This document shows, in pieces, positions 8,984 to 18,456 of a DNA stretch of 64,000 bases. Under the pieces are notes generated by a model that was not told where the DNA came from, ran no database searches, and worked only from the letters and a program-made list of their open reading frames with translations. Each line of letters starts with the position of its first letter. The first letter of the stretch is position 1. The position numbers and the translations under genes were made by a program. Source of the stretch: a virus. The DNA lies in IMG/VR virus record IMGVR_UViG_3300046474_000370, positions 37,111-101,110 of that record; one strand, written 5' to 3'.

Positions 8984-10120
8984 CTACGATGGGTCGGGCG
9001 CGCCCACCCGTGGCGCCAGTTCGGCGGCACTGAAGCCGGCGCGCAGCAGCAGGCGGCGGCCGTTGGCGATCGCGCCGGCGCTGTCGCCGCTGCTGCCGGT
9101 CAGGCAGCGGTAGGCCATGAGCAGCGCAAGCGCGAGCGCGCGATCGAAGGCGGCCGCCGCCGGGGCCTCGTCCGGGGCCGGGGCCGCGGTCAGCACTTCG
9201 TCCGGGGCCAGGTCGGCCCAAGCCGGCGCCGGCGCGGGCGGCAGCGCCCCGAACTGGTGCTGGTAGCGGGTCAGCTCGGCCAGTTGGGTCTCGACCCGTT
9301 CGGCGGCGGCCAGCGCGGCGGCCAGCGCGCGCAGGGTGTCGGCCTTGGCCTGCGCGGCCAGTTCGGCGTATTCGGCAAAGCCGGCCGCGTCGGTCGCCTC
9401 GACCTCGGCCACCAGCGCGCGCAGCGCCGCCGGCGGCAGGCCGAACGCCTGCACGGTGACGGCGCGGATCGCCTCGATGCGCTGGCGCAGCGCGGCCACC
9501 CGTGCCAATTCGATCTGGACCAGCTTCTCCTGCTCGGCCGCCTGGCGCTCCTGTTCGGCCCTGATGGCACTGGCGAAGCGTTGTTCGCAGCCGCTGATGG
9601 CCTCGACCAGTGTGTTCTTGGTGGTGTCGATCAGCTTGCCGATCTTGTAGAACGGTTCCTTGTAGCGCTTGTGGGTGCGCTCGGTGGCCAGCCGGTGGCG
9701 GCGGAAGGTCTCTTGCTCGCGCTCGGCGATGGCGAGGCCGTCGGGGGTGGTCAGGTCAACCACCTGGGCCTGCTTGCGCAGGGGTTCCGGCAGCGCGGCC
9801 AGTTCGGCGGCATCGAACACGATCAGTTCGGCCTGCTGCTGGTCGCGGCCGAAGTCGGCCCGGTGCTGCGCGAAGACCTCGGCGACGTAGACCGCGGGGT
9901 CGATGTTCGGGACCGGGTCATGCACCGGGTCCTCGTCCAGCTCGAACGGGCGTTCGCCCACGGGCGGCGGCAGCACCAGGTCGACCGAGATCGGCGGCGC
10001 CGGCGCGTCGTCGGTGGCCTTGTCTTTCTTGGCGGCGCTCTTGCGCGCGCGCTTGGCCGGTTCGGCGGGGATGGCGGCCTCGGCTGGGGCGGCCTCGGGT
10101 CCGGGGGCAGGGCTGGTCAT
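8984..10120 (-). CDS. Phage hypothetical coiled-coil protein (recombination module)
   Basis: Lies between exo and ssb; start coupled to the exo stop. Confidence 0.7.
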   Translation of the reverse strand: MTSPAPGPEAAPAEAAIPAEPAKRARKSAAKKDKATDDAPAPPISVDLVLPPPVGERPFELDEDPVHDPVPNIDPAVYVAEVFAQHRADFGRDQQQAELIVFDAAELAALPEPLRKQAQVVDLTTPDGLAIAEREQETFRRHRLATERTHKRYKEPFYKIGKLIDTTKNTLVEAISGCEQRFASAIRAEQERQAAEQEKLVQIELARVAALRQRIEAIRAVTVQAFGLPPAALRALVAEVEATDAAGFAEYAELAAQAKADTLRALAAALAAAERVETQLAELTRYQHQFGALPPAPAPAWADLAPDEVLTAAPAPDEAPAAAAFDRALALALLMAYRCLTGSSGDSAGAIANGRRLLLRAGFSAAELAPRVGAPDPS

Positions 10121-10788
10121 GCTGCGGCTCCTTGGTGGTAGGCGGCCATGCCGCGCTCGTTGATCTGGCGTACTTCGACCTCGACCGTGGCCAGCAGCCG
10201 TTCGCTGGCTTCGCGCATCTGCTCGATGTAGGCGGCGTCGCGCCAGATGCGCTTGACGAACAGGCGCAGGTGCGGGGGCATGCGCGGGTCGAACGAGATG
10301 AAGTCCCACCAGAGGCAGTCGTTGACCCACATGTTGGTCTGGACCTGCGCCATGTGCTCGGCCGGCATGGTTTGCTTGCGCCAGGTGTACAGGTGGTTGG
10401 TCGGGTTGTACGGGCACTTGACCTCGATCCCGCCCTTGCCGCTGGCGTCGCTCGCCAGGCCGTCGGGCGAGCTGCCGATCCAGCGGATGGTCGGGTGCTT
10501 GACGAAGCCGGCCGGGGTGACCAGCAGCCCGGTTTCCATGCCGTACTCTTCGCGGGCGACCGGCTCCCATTCCTTGCCCCACGCCAGCGGCGCGGCGTTA
10601 ATCTCGGGCATCGGTTCGCCGGTCAGGCGCTCGACCACCAGTTCCAGCCCGTAGCTGGCGGCGGTCTGGCCGCCGGTGAGCACGTCGACCATGCGGCTGC
10701 CGGTGATGTGGCCGGCGCGCTCGCGGCGCCAGGCTTCGCTGCCTTGCGGGGCGCTGGCCGGCTCCGGGATGACGAGCGGGATGTCCAT
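10117..10788 (-). CDS. YqaJ/lambda-exonuclease family protein
   Basis: QGSEAWRRERAGHITGS, WGKEWEP, SSPDGL, IEVKCP, QVQTNMW. Confidence 0.93.
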   Translation of the reverse strand: MDIPLVIPEPASAPQGSEAWRRERAGHITGSRMVDVLTGGQTAASYGLELVVERLTGEPMPEINAAPLAWGKEWEPVAREEYGMETGLLVTPAGFVKHPTIRWIGSSPDGLASDASGKGGIEVKCPYNPTNHLYTWRKQTMPAEHMAQVQTNMWVNDCLWWDFISFDPRMPPHLRLFVKRIWRDAAYIEQMREASERLLATVEVEVRQINERGMAAYHQGAAA

Positions 10789-11780
10789 CAGGTCCTCCGG
10801 CTGTGCGGCGCGGGCGCCTGGTCGGCGGCGCTGGCCAGGCCGCGCAGGCGCTGGTGTTCGTCGACCCCGACCAGGCGGCGCTCGTCCTTGCTCAGGCGGC
10901 CCCATGCGGCGGCGTACTTGTCGGTGCCCTGTTTGCTGGCGATCAGTTCCAGGCTCTTGACGAGGGTGGCGCGCGCGTCCTGCGCTGCGGCACCCGGTTC
11001 CGGCTGGGCGGCGCTGTAGCTGATGGCGGTGAGCCGGGGCGCGGCCGGGGTGATGTCGTGCTCAGCACCTTCGTTCTCGTCCAGCAACGCGACGGCGGTG
11101 GCCAGGCGTTCGGTCGGCGGCACGCTCTTGAGGCCGCGCTTGCCGGTGGACTTCTTGATCATTTCCTCGTACCAGGCATTCCACGGCAGGCTCGGGTTGT
11201 TCGGGTTCTTGGCCTTGCTCAGTGCGAAGTTGCGGATTTTGGCGATGTCGTCGCCGGTCAGCACTTCGATCATTGCCACCCTGCTCGGGAGCATGATGAC
11301 CGAGTAGCAGGCGACGATCGGGCCGCGCGCCTCCTCGCTCAACTTGATGTCGAATTTGTGGCTGGGCAGCGCGAACGGACCGTTGTACTCCCATGCGTCG
11401 AGGGCGCGCACGGTGACCGACTTGGCGCCGAGGATCGCGCCGCTGTCGACGGCAATTTTGATCAGGCCGCGGGCGCTGATGTCGAGGCAGCACTGGCCGT
11501 CGCGCGGCAACAGGTAGGCCAGCTTCATCGCCGGGTTCAGGGTCAGGCCGACGGCGGCGACGTTGCGGATCGCCTTGCGGATCGAGTCGAGCGGGCACCT
11601 TTGCAGGCCGTCGGCGGCGAGGATGATGTCGCGCGCGTAGCGCGATTCGGTCACGAACTTGACCAGGTTGTCGTTCGCTTCGGCCAGCGGCGTGAATTCG
11701 GGCTCGATGTCGTTGATGATCAGTTCCCACTTCTCGGCCGGGCTGAGCGGCGCGGACTGGTTCGGCGGTAGGGTCGTCAT
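10788..11780 (-). CDS. recT: RecT-family ssDNA annealing protein
   Basis: GLTLNPAMKLAYLLPR, ISARGLIKIA, PWNAWYEEMIKKS; adjacent to exo. Confidence 0.9.
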   Translation of the reverse strand: MTTLPPNQSAPLSPAEKWELIINDIEPEFTPLAEANDNLVKFVTESRYARDIILAADGLQRCPLDSIRKAIRNVAAVGLTLNPAMKLAYLLPRDGQCCLDISARGLIKIAVDSGAILGAKSVTVRALDAWEYNGPFALPSHKFDIKLSEEARGPIVACYSVIMLPSRVAMIEVLTGDDIAKIRNFALSKAKNPNNPSLPWNAWYEEMIKKSTGKRGLKSVPPTERLATAVALLDENEGAEHDITPAAPRLTAISYSAAQPEPGAAAQDARATLVKSLELIASKQGTDKYAAAWGRLSKDERRLVGVDEHQRLRGLASAADQAPAPHSRRT

Positions 11781-11862
11781 GTTGGTTCCGATGAGGTTAG
11801 CGTAGAGGAGATTTCACCCCACTTGAGGCCGGCCGGGGTCGCGCTAGGTCAGACGGGCGGCG

Positions 11863-12276
11863 TTATCGGCCGCGATCGAGCAGGCGTTCCTCGCGCGCCA
11901 GCTCGGCGGCGTCGATGCGGGCGGTGTCGGCCGCGTCGGCGATCGCCACCAGCAGCTGTTCCTCGAGGTCGAGCAGGTGCTGGGCGGACAGCAGGGGGGT
12001 GAGGTCGGTGCCGGCGGCCACCGCCAGTGCCTGGCCGGCGCCGTTCCACAGCAGCGGGGTGCGGGCGGTGATGCGGTGGATGTCCAGCTCGTCGGGATCG
12101 GCCGGGTAGCCGGGGTCGCCGTTGCGCAGGGTGTGGACCGCCGGGGCTCCGCGCAGGTAGGTGAAGTCGATGTCGACGTCGAGCGTGGCGCGGCCCAGCG
12201 ACAGCGCGCCGTCGGCGTCGCTGCAGGGCATGGCCAGCGTGGCCAGGGTCGCGGTCGGTATGGTCAGGCGCATCAC
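11863..12276 (-). CDS. First gene of the leftward early operon, hypothetical
   Basis: SD GGAGAG upstream; NGDPGYP motif. Confidence 0.65.
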   Translation of the reverse strand: MMRLTIPTATLATLAMPCSDADGALSLGRATLDVDIDFTYLRGAPAVHTLRNGDPGYPADPDELDIHRITARTPLLWNGAGQALAVAAGTDLTPLLSAQHLLDLEEQLLVAIADAADTARIDAAELAREERLLDRGR

Positions 12277-12303
12277 ACTCTCTCCCCTTTTGACAACGGA
12301 TTA

Positions 12304-12345
12304 AGTGTACGCAATAAAAATGCGTGACGCAACAAAAAGTTGCGA
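12304..12345 (-). promoter_or_regulatory. PL-like promoter with OL operator
   Basis: Minus-strand TTGCGT-17-TACACT overlapped by the 19-bp palindrome ACGCAACAAAAAGTTGCGA (12327-12345). Confidence 0.75.
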
Positions 12346-12385
12346 AACCTGCTTGCGTGAGTGCTGAAATATTAACGCGGGGTCC

Positions 12386-12413
12386 AAAAAAAACCGGCGC
12401 GCGGCCGGTTTTT
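12386..12413. terminator. Bidirectional terminator after cI
   Basis: A8-CCGGC-loop-GCCGG-T5. Confidence 0.8.
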
Positions 12414-12430
12414 CCAGGGCAATGCGGGGC

Positions 12431-13096
12431 TCAGGCGGTGAGCACCCCGGTGAACGCGACGACGCGCCCGATGATGTGCAGTTGGTCGACGGGGGCCACT
12501 TCCTCCGGGAAATTAGGATTGTCGGCACGCATGATGATCTGGCCGTCGAAGCGCCGGAACAGGCGCCGCAGGCGCACCCCGCCGGGCCCGTCGAGCGCGT
12601 ACGGCTGGCCCGACATGATCTCGTTGCGGCGCAGGTCGACCAGGCATTGTTCGCCCAGCTGCATGGCGTCGTCCCTGGCCAACACCACGACGCACTGGAG
12701 CGGGTCGAAGCCGTGCTTGGCCATCCAATCCCGGCGATAAGCATAGCTGTCCTGCTCATCGTCATTGATGGCGGGGATTTCGTGATGGCGTTTCACGCGC
12801 GGGCTCTCCTGCTGGAATGGACTGTGATAGGGCGGGATGAACACGTATTTACTGTTCACATCATCGCCATTCACGGTATCACTATTTCCTGTAAGAAGCC
12901 ACGTCGCGGTGGTTTTTAATGCTCGGGCTACTAAAGGCAACCGGCCACGCTTGGGCGCGCTCCCACCGTCGGCGTCTTCCGTTTCCCATTTCCCAACTGT
13001 CTGGTACGTGACCCCGCCGCTCATCTCCCCGAGTTGCTCGCGGCTCAGCCCTAGTTCCAGGCGGCGTTCCCTGATTCGGCTATGGATAGTATTCAT
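12431..13096 (-). CDS. cI: CI-like repressor (XRE HTH plus degenerate S24 domain)
   Basis: RIRERRLELGLSREQLG...TVGKWE...WLLTG HTH; C-terminal ADNPNF...IIGRVV; divergent from cro. Confidence 0.9.
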   Translation of the reverse strand: MNTIHSRIRERRLELGLSREQLGEMSGGVTYQTVGKWETEDADGGSAPKRGRLPLVARALKTTATWLLTGNSDTVNGDDVNSKYVFIPPYHSPFQQESPRVKRHHEIPAINDDEQDSYAYRRDWMAKHGFDPLQCVVVLARDDAMQLGEQCLVDLRRNEIMSGQPYALDGPGGVRLRRLFRRFDGQIIMRADNPNFPEEVAPVDQLHIIGRVVAFTGVLTA

Positions 13097-13104
13097 GGGC
13101 GCCC

Positions 13105-13173
13105 ACTGTACTACAACTATAAATTGTGTCACGCAAAAATAAGTTGCGTGCGCAACTAATTGTTGTGTACTAT
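13105..13173. promoter_or_regulatory. OR region: three tandem 19-bp operators, PR and PRM
   Basis: 13111-13129, 13131-13149 and 13150-13168 match ACGCAAC-N5-GTTGCGT; PR is TTGCGT-18-TACTAT; PRM -10 TACAGT on the minus strand. Confidence 0.8.
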
Positions 13174-13179
13174 TTTCCC

Positions 13180-13446
13180 ATGAACAAACCTATCCCCCTT
13201 CCCCAGCTGCGCCGCGAGCGTGCCACCCTGCTGCGTGCGATCGCGTGCTGCGGCGGCATTGCCGCGCTGGCGGCCGCGATCGAGCCGGACCTGTCGTACC
13301 AGGCGGTGCAGGGCTGGCTGGAGCGCCGCGTGCCGCTCGACCGCTGCCCGGCGATCGAGCGGGTCACGCGCGGCATGGTCCAGTGCGAGGAACTGCGCGA
13401 GGACTACCGCGACCTGAACGACCGCCCGTACCGGAGGGTGGCATGA
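13180..13446 (+). CDS. cro: Cro/YdaS-like HTH protein
   Basis: GGIAALAAAI...SYQAVQGW...VPLDRCPAIERVTRGMVQCEELR. Confidence 0.88.
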   Translation: MNKPIPLPQLRRERATLLRAIACCGGIAALAAAIEPDLSYQAVQGWLERRVPLDRCPAIERVTRGMVQCEELREDYRDLNDRPYRRVA

Positions 13447-13862
13447 AACGCGGCGCGCCGCTGGTGCGGCGCACCCCGCTCCAGGCCAAGGCCCCGATCA
13501 AGCGCGGCTCGACGAGCGGGCGGCGCCGCAAGAAGGCGGCCAGCGCGGCCGAGAAGGCCTACATGGGGCGGGTCGCCGCGGTGGGCTGCCTGGTCTGCTC
13601 CAGCTGCTTCCAGCGCTATGGCGTGGCGGCCGAGGTGCATCACCTGAAGGCCGGCGGCGGCAGCAAGCGCGCCAGCCATTGGGACACCATGCCGCTGTGC
13701 CCGGAGCATCACCGGGGCAACACCGGCATCCACATGCTGGGTCAGGAGGGGTTCCACGCGATGTACGGCGTCTATGAGCTGGAACTGCTGCACTGGTTCC
13801 AGCGCCTGATGCGCACCGACGAGGCGCGCCGGCTGGCCACGGAGGATGACGATGGCCGGTGA
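13443..13862 (+). CDS. Ref-like HNH nuclease (recombination enhancement family)
   Basis: GCLVC...AEVHHL...TMPLCPEHHRG..GIH. Confidence 0.8.
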   Translation: MKRGAPLVRRTPLQAKAPIKRGSTSGRRRKKAASAAEKAYMGRVAAVGCLVCSSCFQRYGVAAEVHHLKAGGGSKRASHWDTMPLCPEHHRGNTGIHMLGQEGFHAMYGVYELELLHWFQRLMRTDEARRLATEDDDGR

Positions 13863-14562
13863 GTGGATCAAGTTCGCGATCGACACGCCGGAGAAGCCCG
13901 AGGTGTTCGCGATCACCACGGCGATGGGCTGGGACGACCCCGACCTCGCGGTCGGCAAGCTGCTGCGGGTGTGGCGCTGGTTCGACCAGCAGACCCTCGA
14001 CGGTAACGCCGGCAGCGTTAACCTGGCGTTACTCGACCGCATCGCCGGGGCGCCCGGCTTCGCGGCGGCGATGTGCGCGGTGGGCTGGCTGGCGCAGCGC
14101 GACGGCGGGGTGAACCTGCCGAACTTCGCCCGGCATAACGGCAAGACCGCGAAAACGCGCGCGCTGACGGCCAGCCGGGTGGCCAGCCACAAGAGTAACG
14201 CGCTGGCTAACGCGGCTGCTAACGCGAGCGCTAACGCTGGCAGCGTTAGCAGTGCGTTACCTAGAGAAGAGAAGAAAAGAAAAGAGAAAGACGGGTTTGA
14301 CGCGCGTGCCGCGCTGGCCGCGCTCGGGGTGCCGGACAAGGTCGTGCGCGACTGGCTGACGCTGCGCAAGGATAAACGCCAGCCGCTGACCGAGATCGCG
14401 CTCGACGCGGTGGTGCGGGAGGCGGCCAAGGCCCGGATGACGGTCGAGGCGGCGCTGACGTTCTGCTGCGTCCGGGGATGGGCCGGGTTCAACGCCAGCT
14501 GGTACGAGCGCGAATGCGAGCGCGACCCCGGCGTGGCGCCGGCGCTCAAGGATTGGGAATGA
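13846..14562 (+). CDS. Lambda O-like replication initiator
   Basis: MAGEWIK...KPEV...GKLLRVWRWFD N-terminus; internal iterons; GWAGFNASW C-terminus. Confidence 0.85.
   Translation: MTMAGEWIKFAIDTPEKPEVFAITTAMGWDDPDLAVGKLLRVWRWFDQQTLDGNAGSVNLALLDRIAGAPGFAAAMCAVGWLAQRDGGVNLPNFARHNGKTAKTRALTASRVASHKSNALANAAANASANAGSVSSALPREEKKRKEKDGFDARAALAALGVPDKVVRDWLTLRKDKRQPLTEIALDAVVREAAKARMTVEAALTFCCVRGWAGFNASWYERECERDPGVAPALKDWE
14195..14290. repeat. Replication origin iterons inside the initiator gene
   Basis: Four TAACGC direct repeats at a 12-bp period, two inverted GCGTTA copies, then an A/G-only tract; further copies at 14003-14032. Confidence 0.8.
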
Positions 14563-14960
14563 AGCTGGCCGAGCACGCCGAGGCGATCGTGCGCGCGCGC
14601 CTGCGCGGGCTGCGCCCGGCCGACATGGTGATCGTGTCGCTGGTCGGGCCGCTGGCGGTGAGCAATCCGGTGGTGCTGGCGCGCCCCGGCCTGGCCTACG
14701 ACTGGCGCTGGACGCGCGCGCTGGACCTGTGCCTGTACATGCGCGACGGCCAGGACTGGCCGGGCCTGCTCAAGGACATCGCGCTGCAACGCCCGGCGTA
14801 CCTGAGCCTGTGGTGCGCGAACGCCGGCTGGGGCGCCAAGGTGTACTTGATCCCGACCGCCGACGATGTGGCGCGCCCGGTGCGGCTGTGGCAGTACGAG
14901 CTGGACTTTTTGCCGTGGATGGACTTCGAGAACGAGGGGTTCAAAAAATGCAGCTGGTGA
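14559..14960 (+). CDS. Phage hypothetical protein
   Basis: Coupled between initiator and helicase. Confidence 0.7.
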   Translation: MKLAEHAEAIVRARLRGLRPADMVIVSLVGPLAVSNPVVLARPGLAYDWRWTRALDLCLYMRDGQDWPGLLKDIALQRPAYLSLWCANAGWGAKVYLIPTADDVARPVRLWQYELDFLPWMDFENEGFKKCSW

Positions 14961-15916
14961 GCGACACGATCGACTTCGCGGCGTACATGGAGGAGCCCGA
15001 GGGGCACAAGATCCGCCCGGCGTCGGACTGGCTGCACGACACGGTGGCCACGTTCTACCCGCCGCACGACGCGGCGGTGTTGCCGGGGCCATTGTGGCGC
15101 AAGGCGCACGAGAAGATCAAGTTCCGCCCCGGCGAGGTGTCGCTGTGGGCCGGCGTGAACGGCCACGGCAAGAGCATGTTGCTGTCGCAGGTGGTGCTTG
15201 ACCTGTGCTACCAGGCCGAGCGCGTGATGGTGGCGTCGTTCGAGATGAAGCCGGGGCGCCAGATGCACCGGATGAGCCGGCAGGCGGCCGGGCTGCGCCT
15301 GCCGTCGCATGAATTCCTGGAGGTGTTCCACCAGTGGACCGATGAACGGCTGTGGATGTACGACCACGTCGGCGCGGTCGAGTGGCGCAAGGTGATCGCC
15401 GTGATGCGCTACGCGGTGGTGCAGTTCGGGGTGACGCAGTTCGTGATCGACAGCCTGATGAAGTGCGTGAAAGGCGAGGACGACTACAACGCGCAGAAGG
15501 ATTTCGTCAACGAGCTGTGCGCGTTCGCGCAGGCGCATGGCGTGCATGTGCATCTGGTGCATCACGTCAGGAAGGGCGAGAGCGAGGGGAAGGCGCCGGG
15601 GAAGATGGACATCAAGGGCGCCGGCGCCATCACCGACCAGGTGGACAACGTGTTCATCGTGTGGCGCAACAAGCTGGCCGAGCAGGACAGGAGCGGCGAG
15701 CCGACCTGCGTGCTGGCGTGCGAGAAGCAGCGCAACGGCGAGTACGAGGGCAAGCTCGGGCTCTGGTTCGACCTCGACTCGCAGCAGTATCTGGAAGCGC
15801 GCGACGAGCAGGCGGCGCGCTACGGCATTGCCGGCGACGGCGGCATCAAGGGCTACGCGCTGCCGGTGCGCGTGGCGCATCCAGCATCAACCAACCACCC
15901 AAGGGGGACCGCATGA
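14948..15916 (+). CDS. DnaB-like (SF4) replicative helicase
   Basis: RPGEVSLWAGVNGHGKS Walker A, FVIDSL Walker B, HLVHH, KQRNGE. Confidence 0.9.
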   Translation: MQLVSDTIDFAAYMEEPEGHKIRPASDWLHDTVATFYPPHDAAVLPGPLWRKAHEKIKFRPGEVSLWAGVNGHGKSMLLSQVVLDLCYQAERVMVASFEMKPGRQMHRMSRQAAGLRLPSHEFLEVFHQWTDERLWMYDHVGAVEWRKVIAVMRYAVVQFGVTQFVIDSLMKCVKGEDDYNAQKDFVNELCAFAQAHGVHVHLVHHVRKGESEGKAPGKMDIKGAGAITDQVDNVFIVWRNKLAEQDRSGEPTCVLACEKQRNGEYEGKLGLWFDLDSQQYLEARDEQAARYGIAGDGGIKGYALPVRVAHPASTNHPRGTA

Positions 15917-16524
15917 AAACCGAAATCATCGCCATCACCGACAGTTCCGGCTCGATGGACACGATCAAAAGCGCCGTGATCGGCGGCTTTAACAGCTTCG
16001 TGCAGGAGCAGCGCCAGGTGGCGGGCGAGGCGCGCATGACGCATGTGACCTTCAACGAGGAGCACAAGCTGCTGTACCAGGCGATCGCGCTGGCGCAGGT
16101 GCCGCTGCTGGACGCGGACAGCTACCAGACCAGCGGCTGCACTGCGCTGTTCGATACGCTGGGCGACACGCTGGAGACGCAGGGCAAGCGCATCGCCGAG
16201 GAAGGTTGGGCCGATCAGGTGATCGTCGAGATCATCACGGACGGGCTCGAGAACGCCAGCCGGCGCTACAAGCGCGAGCAGATCCGCAGCATGATCGAGC
16301 ACGCGCAGCGGCACGGCTGGCATTTCGTGTTCCTGGCGGCGAATCAGGACGCCTTCGCGGCGGCGGCCTCGTACGGGATTTCGGCCGCCACCACGGCCAA
16401 CTTCACCGCCTCGGCGGCCGGCGCGACCCAGGCGTACGGCACGATCGGGGCGATGACGCGCGCATTGCGCAGCGCGCCGGGCGACGAGCAGGCGCTGGCG
16501 GCTGCCGTGTTGGGGGGGCTGTGA
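15913..16524 (+). CDS. von Willebrand factor A domain protein
   Basis: MIDAS motif DSSGSM, GCTALFD, IITDGLEN. Confidence 0.88.
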   Translation: MKTEIIAITDSSGSMDTIKSAVIGGFNSFVQEQRQVAGEARMTHVTFNEEHKLLYQAIALAQVPLLDADSYQTSGCTALFDTLGDTLETQGKRIAEEGWADQVIVEIITDGLENASRRYKREQIRSMIEHAQRHGWHFVFLAANQDAFAAAASYGISAATTANFTASAAGATQAYGTIGAMTRALRSAPGDEQALAAAVLGGL

Positions 16525-16525
16525 T

Positions 16526-16792
16526 ATGGCCTGGCTGCGCGCGATCTTTAGTTTGACGAGCCCGAACCGGCAGCGGCGTGAGCGCCACCAACGCATGGAG
16601 TTGGTGCGCCAGCGGCTCGAACAGGGGCAGCGCTTCGCGCGAGTGCGCGCTGCGCGGGTGCGGGCCGCGAACCGGCCGCTGTGGCTGGCCGTGGCGGGGC
16701 CGGCGGCGCCGCAGGGCTGCATGCCGACGTCGGTGGCCGGCGCCTGCGGCTGGGTGTGCGGCGGCGCCGGCGGCGGCCGGGGGGCCGAGTGA
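16526..16792 (+). CDS. Phage hypothetical protein
   Basis: Fills the gap, coupled to the next gene. Confidence 0.45.
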   Translation: MAWLRAIFSLTSPNRQRRERHQRMELVRQRLEQGQRFARVRAARVRAANRPLWLAVAGPAAPQGCMPTSVAGACGWVCGGAGGGRGAE

Positions 16793-17097
16793 GGCGCCAC
16801 GCCAAGGTGGATGCGAACCAGGGCTTGATCGTGGCCGCCTTGCGCGCGCTCGGCTGCTTCGTGCAGTCGCTCGCGATGGTCGGGCACGGCGTGCCTGACC
16901 TGCTGTGCGGATGCCGGGGACGCTGGTTCGTGCTGGAGATTAAGGACGGCGCCAAACCGCGCTCGGCGCAGGCGCTCACGCCGGATGAAGCGAAGTGGCA
17001 CGAGGCCGCGGCGCGCTGCGCGCCGGTGCATGTGGTGGCGACGGTCGAGCAGGCGCTGGCCGCGGTAGCAGGACAACAGGAGAACCAACATGCATGA
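16789..17097 (+). CDS. VRR-NUC / PD-(D/E)xK nuclease
   Basis: KVDANQ...GVPDLL...LEIKDG...LTPDE. Confidence 0.85.
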   Translation: MRRHAKVDANQGLIVAALRALGCFVQSLAMVGHGVPDLLCGCRGRWFVLEIKDGAKPRSAQALTPDEAKWHEAAARCAPVHVVATVEQALAAVAGQQENQHA

Positions 17098-17296
17098 CAC
17101 ATTGACCCAAGAGCAGCAGGCCGCCTATGCCCGCTATTACCTGATCCTGCGCGATGCGGCGACGGAAGCCGACAACCGGGTGGCCGCCGTGTTCGATGCG
17201 CAGGTCGAGGCGCTGGAACGGCAGGGCGAGGTGGACCAGAGCCCGGCCGCGTTCGACCAGCTGATGGCGGCGGTGGCCGGCGTGCTGGGCTACTGA
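17090..17296 (+). CDS. Phage hypothetical protein
   Basis: SD AGGAG; coupled. Confidence 0.65.
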   Translation: MHDTLTQEQQAAYARYYLILRDAATEADNRVAAVFDAQVEALERQGEVDQSPAAFDQLMAAVAGVLGY

Positions 17297-17297
17297 C

Positions 17298-17795
17298 ATG
17301 GGCCTGGTGCAGCGATATGCCCATGCGGCCGGCTCGGGCAACCTGAAAAACGACGCGCTGCACCACGCTCCCGATGTGCTGGCGGCGGTGGCGCTGTCGT
17401 CGGACTATGGCGGAATGCTGTTCCGGGCGAAGTACCAGAACGACTTGGCGGCCTATCAGCGCCTACTGCACCACTGGACCTGGATCGTGTCGTGCAAAGC
17501 CTTGCGGCGCAGCTGGCCGGAACACATCCCGATCAACAAGGTCGCGTTGATCTCGTTGAACCGCTGGATCAGCAACGTGTGCCCGGCCTGCACCGGGCGC
17601 CGGCTGGAGACCATCTTTAACACCCCGCACCTGTCGGACAAGGCCTGCCGGTTGTGCGACGGCAGCGGCGAGGCGCCGCTGCGCGTCGACGAGCGCTGGC
17701 GCGACTATGTGCTGGACATGATCGAGGAGCTGACCGCCGACGAGTACAAGGCGGCGGCGCGCGCGGCCAAGAAGCTGGGGAGGGACGCGGGATGA
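17298..17795 (+). CDS. Putative lambda Q-like late antiterminator
   Basis: CPACTG...CRLCDGSG zinc finger; position near the end of the early right operon, upstream of a promoter-terminator unit. Confidence 0.65.
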   Translation: MGLVQRYAHAAGSGNLKNDALHHAPDVLAAVALSSDYGGMLFRAKYQNDLAAYQRLLHHWTWIVSCKALRRSWPEHIPINKVALISLNRWISNVCPACTGRRLETIFNTPHLSDKACRLCDGSGEAPLRVDERWRDYVLDMIEELTADEYKAAARAAKKLGRDAG

Positions 17796-18307
17796 TGAGC
17801 CGGCGCCGCTTCGATGCGATCTACGACGGCCTGAATGGCGCCGCCCAAAAGGTGTATGCGGCAGTGCCGATCGCCGAGCGCTGGACCATCACGCAGGTGA
17901 TGGGCGAGCTGCAGCGGCGTGGCCTGAGCCACGAGTACCGGACGGTGCAGGGCTGCTTGGTGCTGCTGACCGATCATGGGCTGGTGCGCGAGCCCACCAA
18001 GGGGCGGTACTGCCGCGAGGCGGTGCGCGAACTGTCGATTGTCGAACCCGATCAACCTATCAAGGAACCACCAATGCCCACTCCCGCCGCCTCGCCCGCC
18101 GCCGTGGTCCCGAGCGGCGCCGCCGCCACCCCGGTTGACAAGCTGGGGGCGCTGGCCGCCCGCGTAACGCAGATGGCCGGAATGCTCAAGGAACTGGCCG
18201 GCGAAATCAGCGACGCCGCGATCGAGGTGCAGGCGCAGATCGAGACGACCGACGAGGGCATGACCAAGCTGAAGCAGCTGCAGGCGCTGCTCAAGAGCCT
18301 GGGCTGA
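17792..18307 (+). CDS. Phage hypothetical protein (wHTH-like N-terminus, coiled-coil C-terminus)
   Basis: Coupled ORF. Confidence 0.7.
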   Translation: MMSRRRFDAIYDGLNGAAQKVYAAVPIAERWTITQVMGELQRRGLSHEYRTVQGCLVLLTDHGLVREPTKGRYCREAVRELSIVEPDQPIKEPPMPTPAASPAAVVPSGAAATPVDKLGALAARVTQMAGMLKELAGEISDAAIEVQAQIETTDEGMTKLKQLQALLKSLG

Positions 18308-18422
18308 GCCAAACGCCCCCCCACGGACTGACCAACCCAGTGGAAGGAGATGGCGCGCCAGTCAGGCGTGTTGGGGAAGGCGCTCGCCGCCTTGCCGGTG
18401 GGCGCCGACCGTTAAATATTTC

Positions 18423-18451
18423 TTGCCACGCGTAATTACGTCGGCTATATT
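18423..18451 (+). promoter_or_regulatory. pR'-like late promoter
   Basis: TTGCCA-17-TATATT with the palindrome CGTAATTACG in the spacer. Confidence 0.75.
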
Positions 18452-18456
18452 GTTGG

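Noticed and set aside
14195-14260. TAACGC repeats as a CRISPR-like array
   Set aside because: 12-bp period inside the initiator gene with no spacers; fits lambdoid origin iterons
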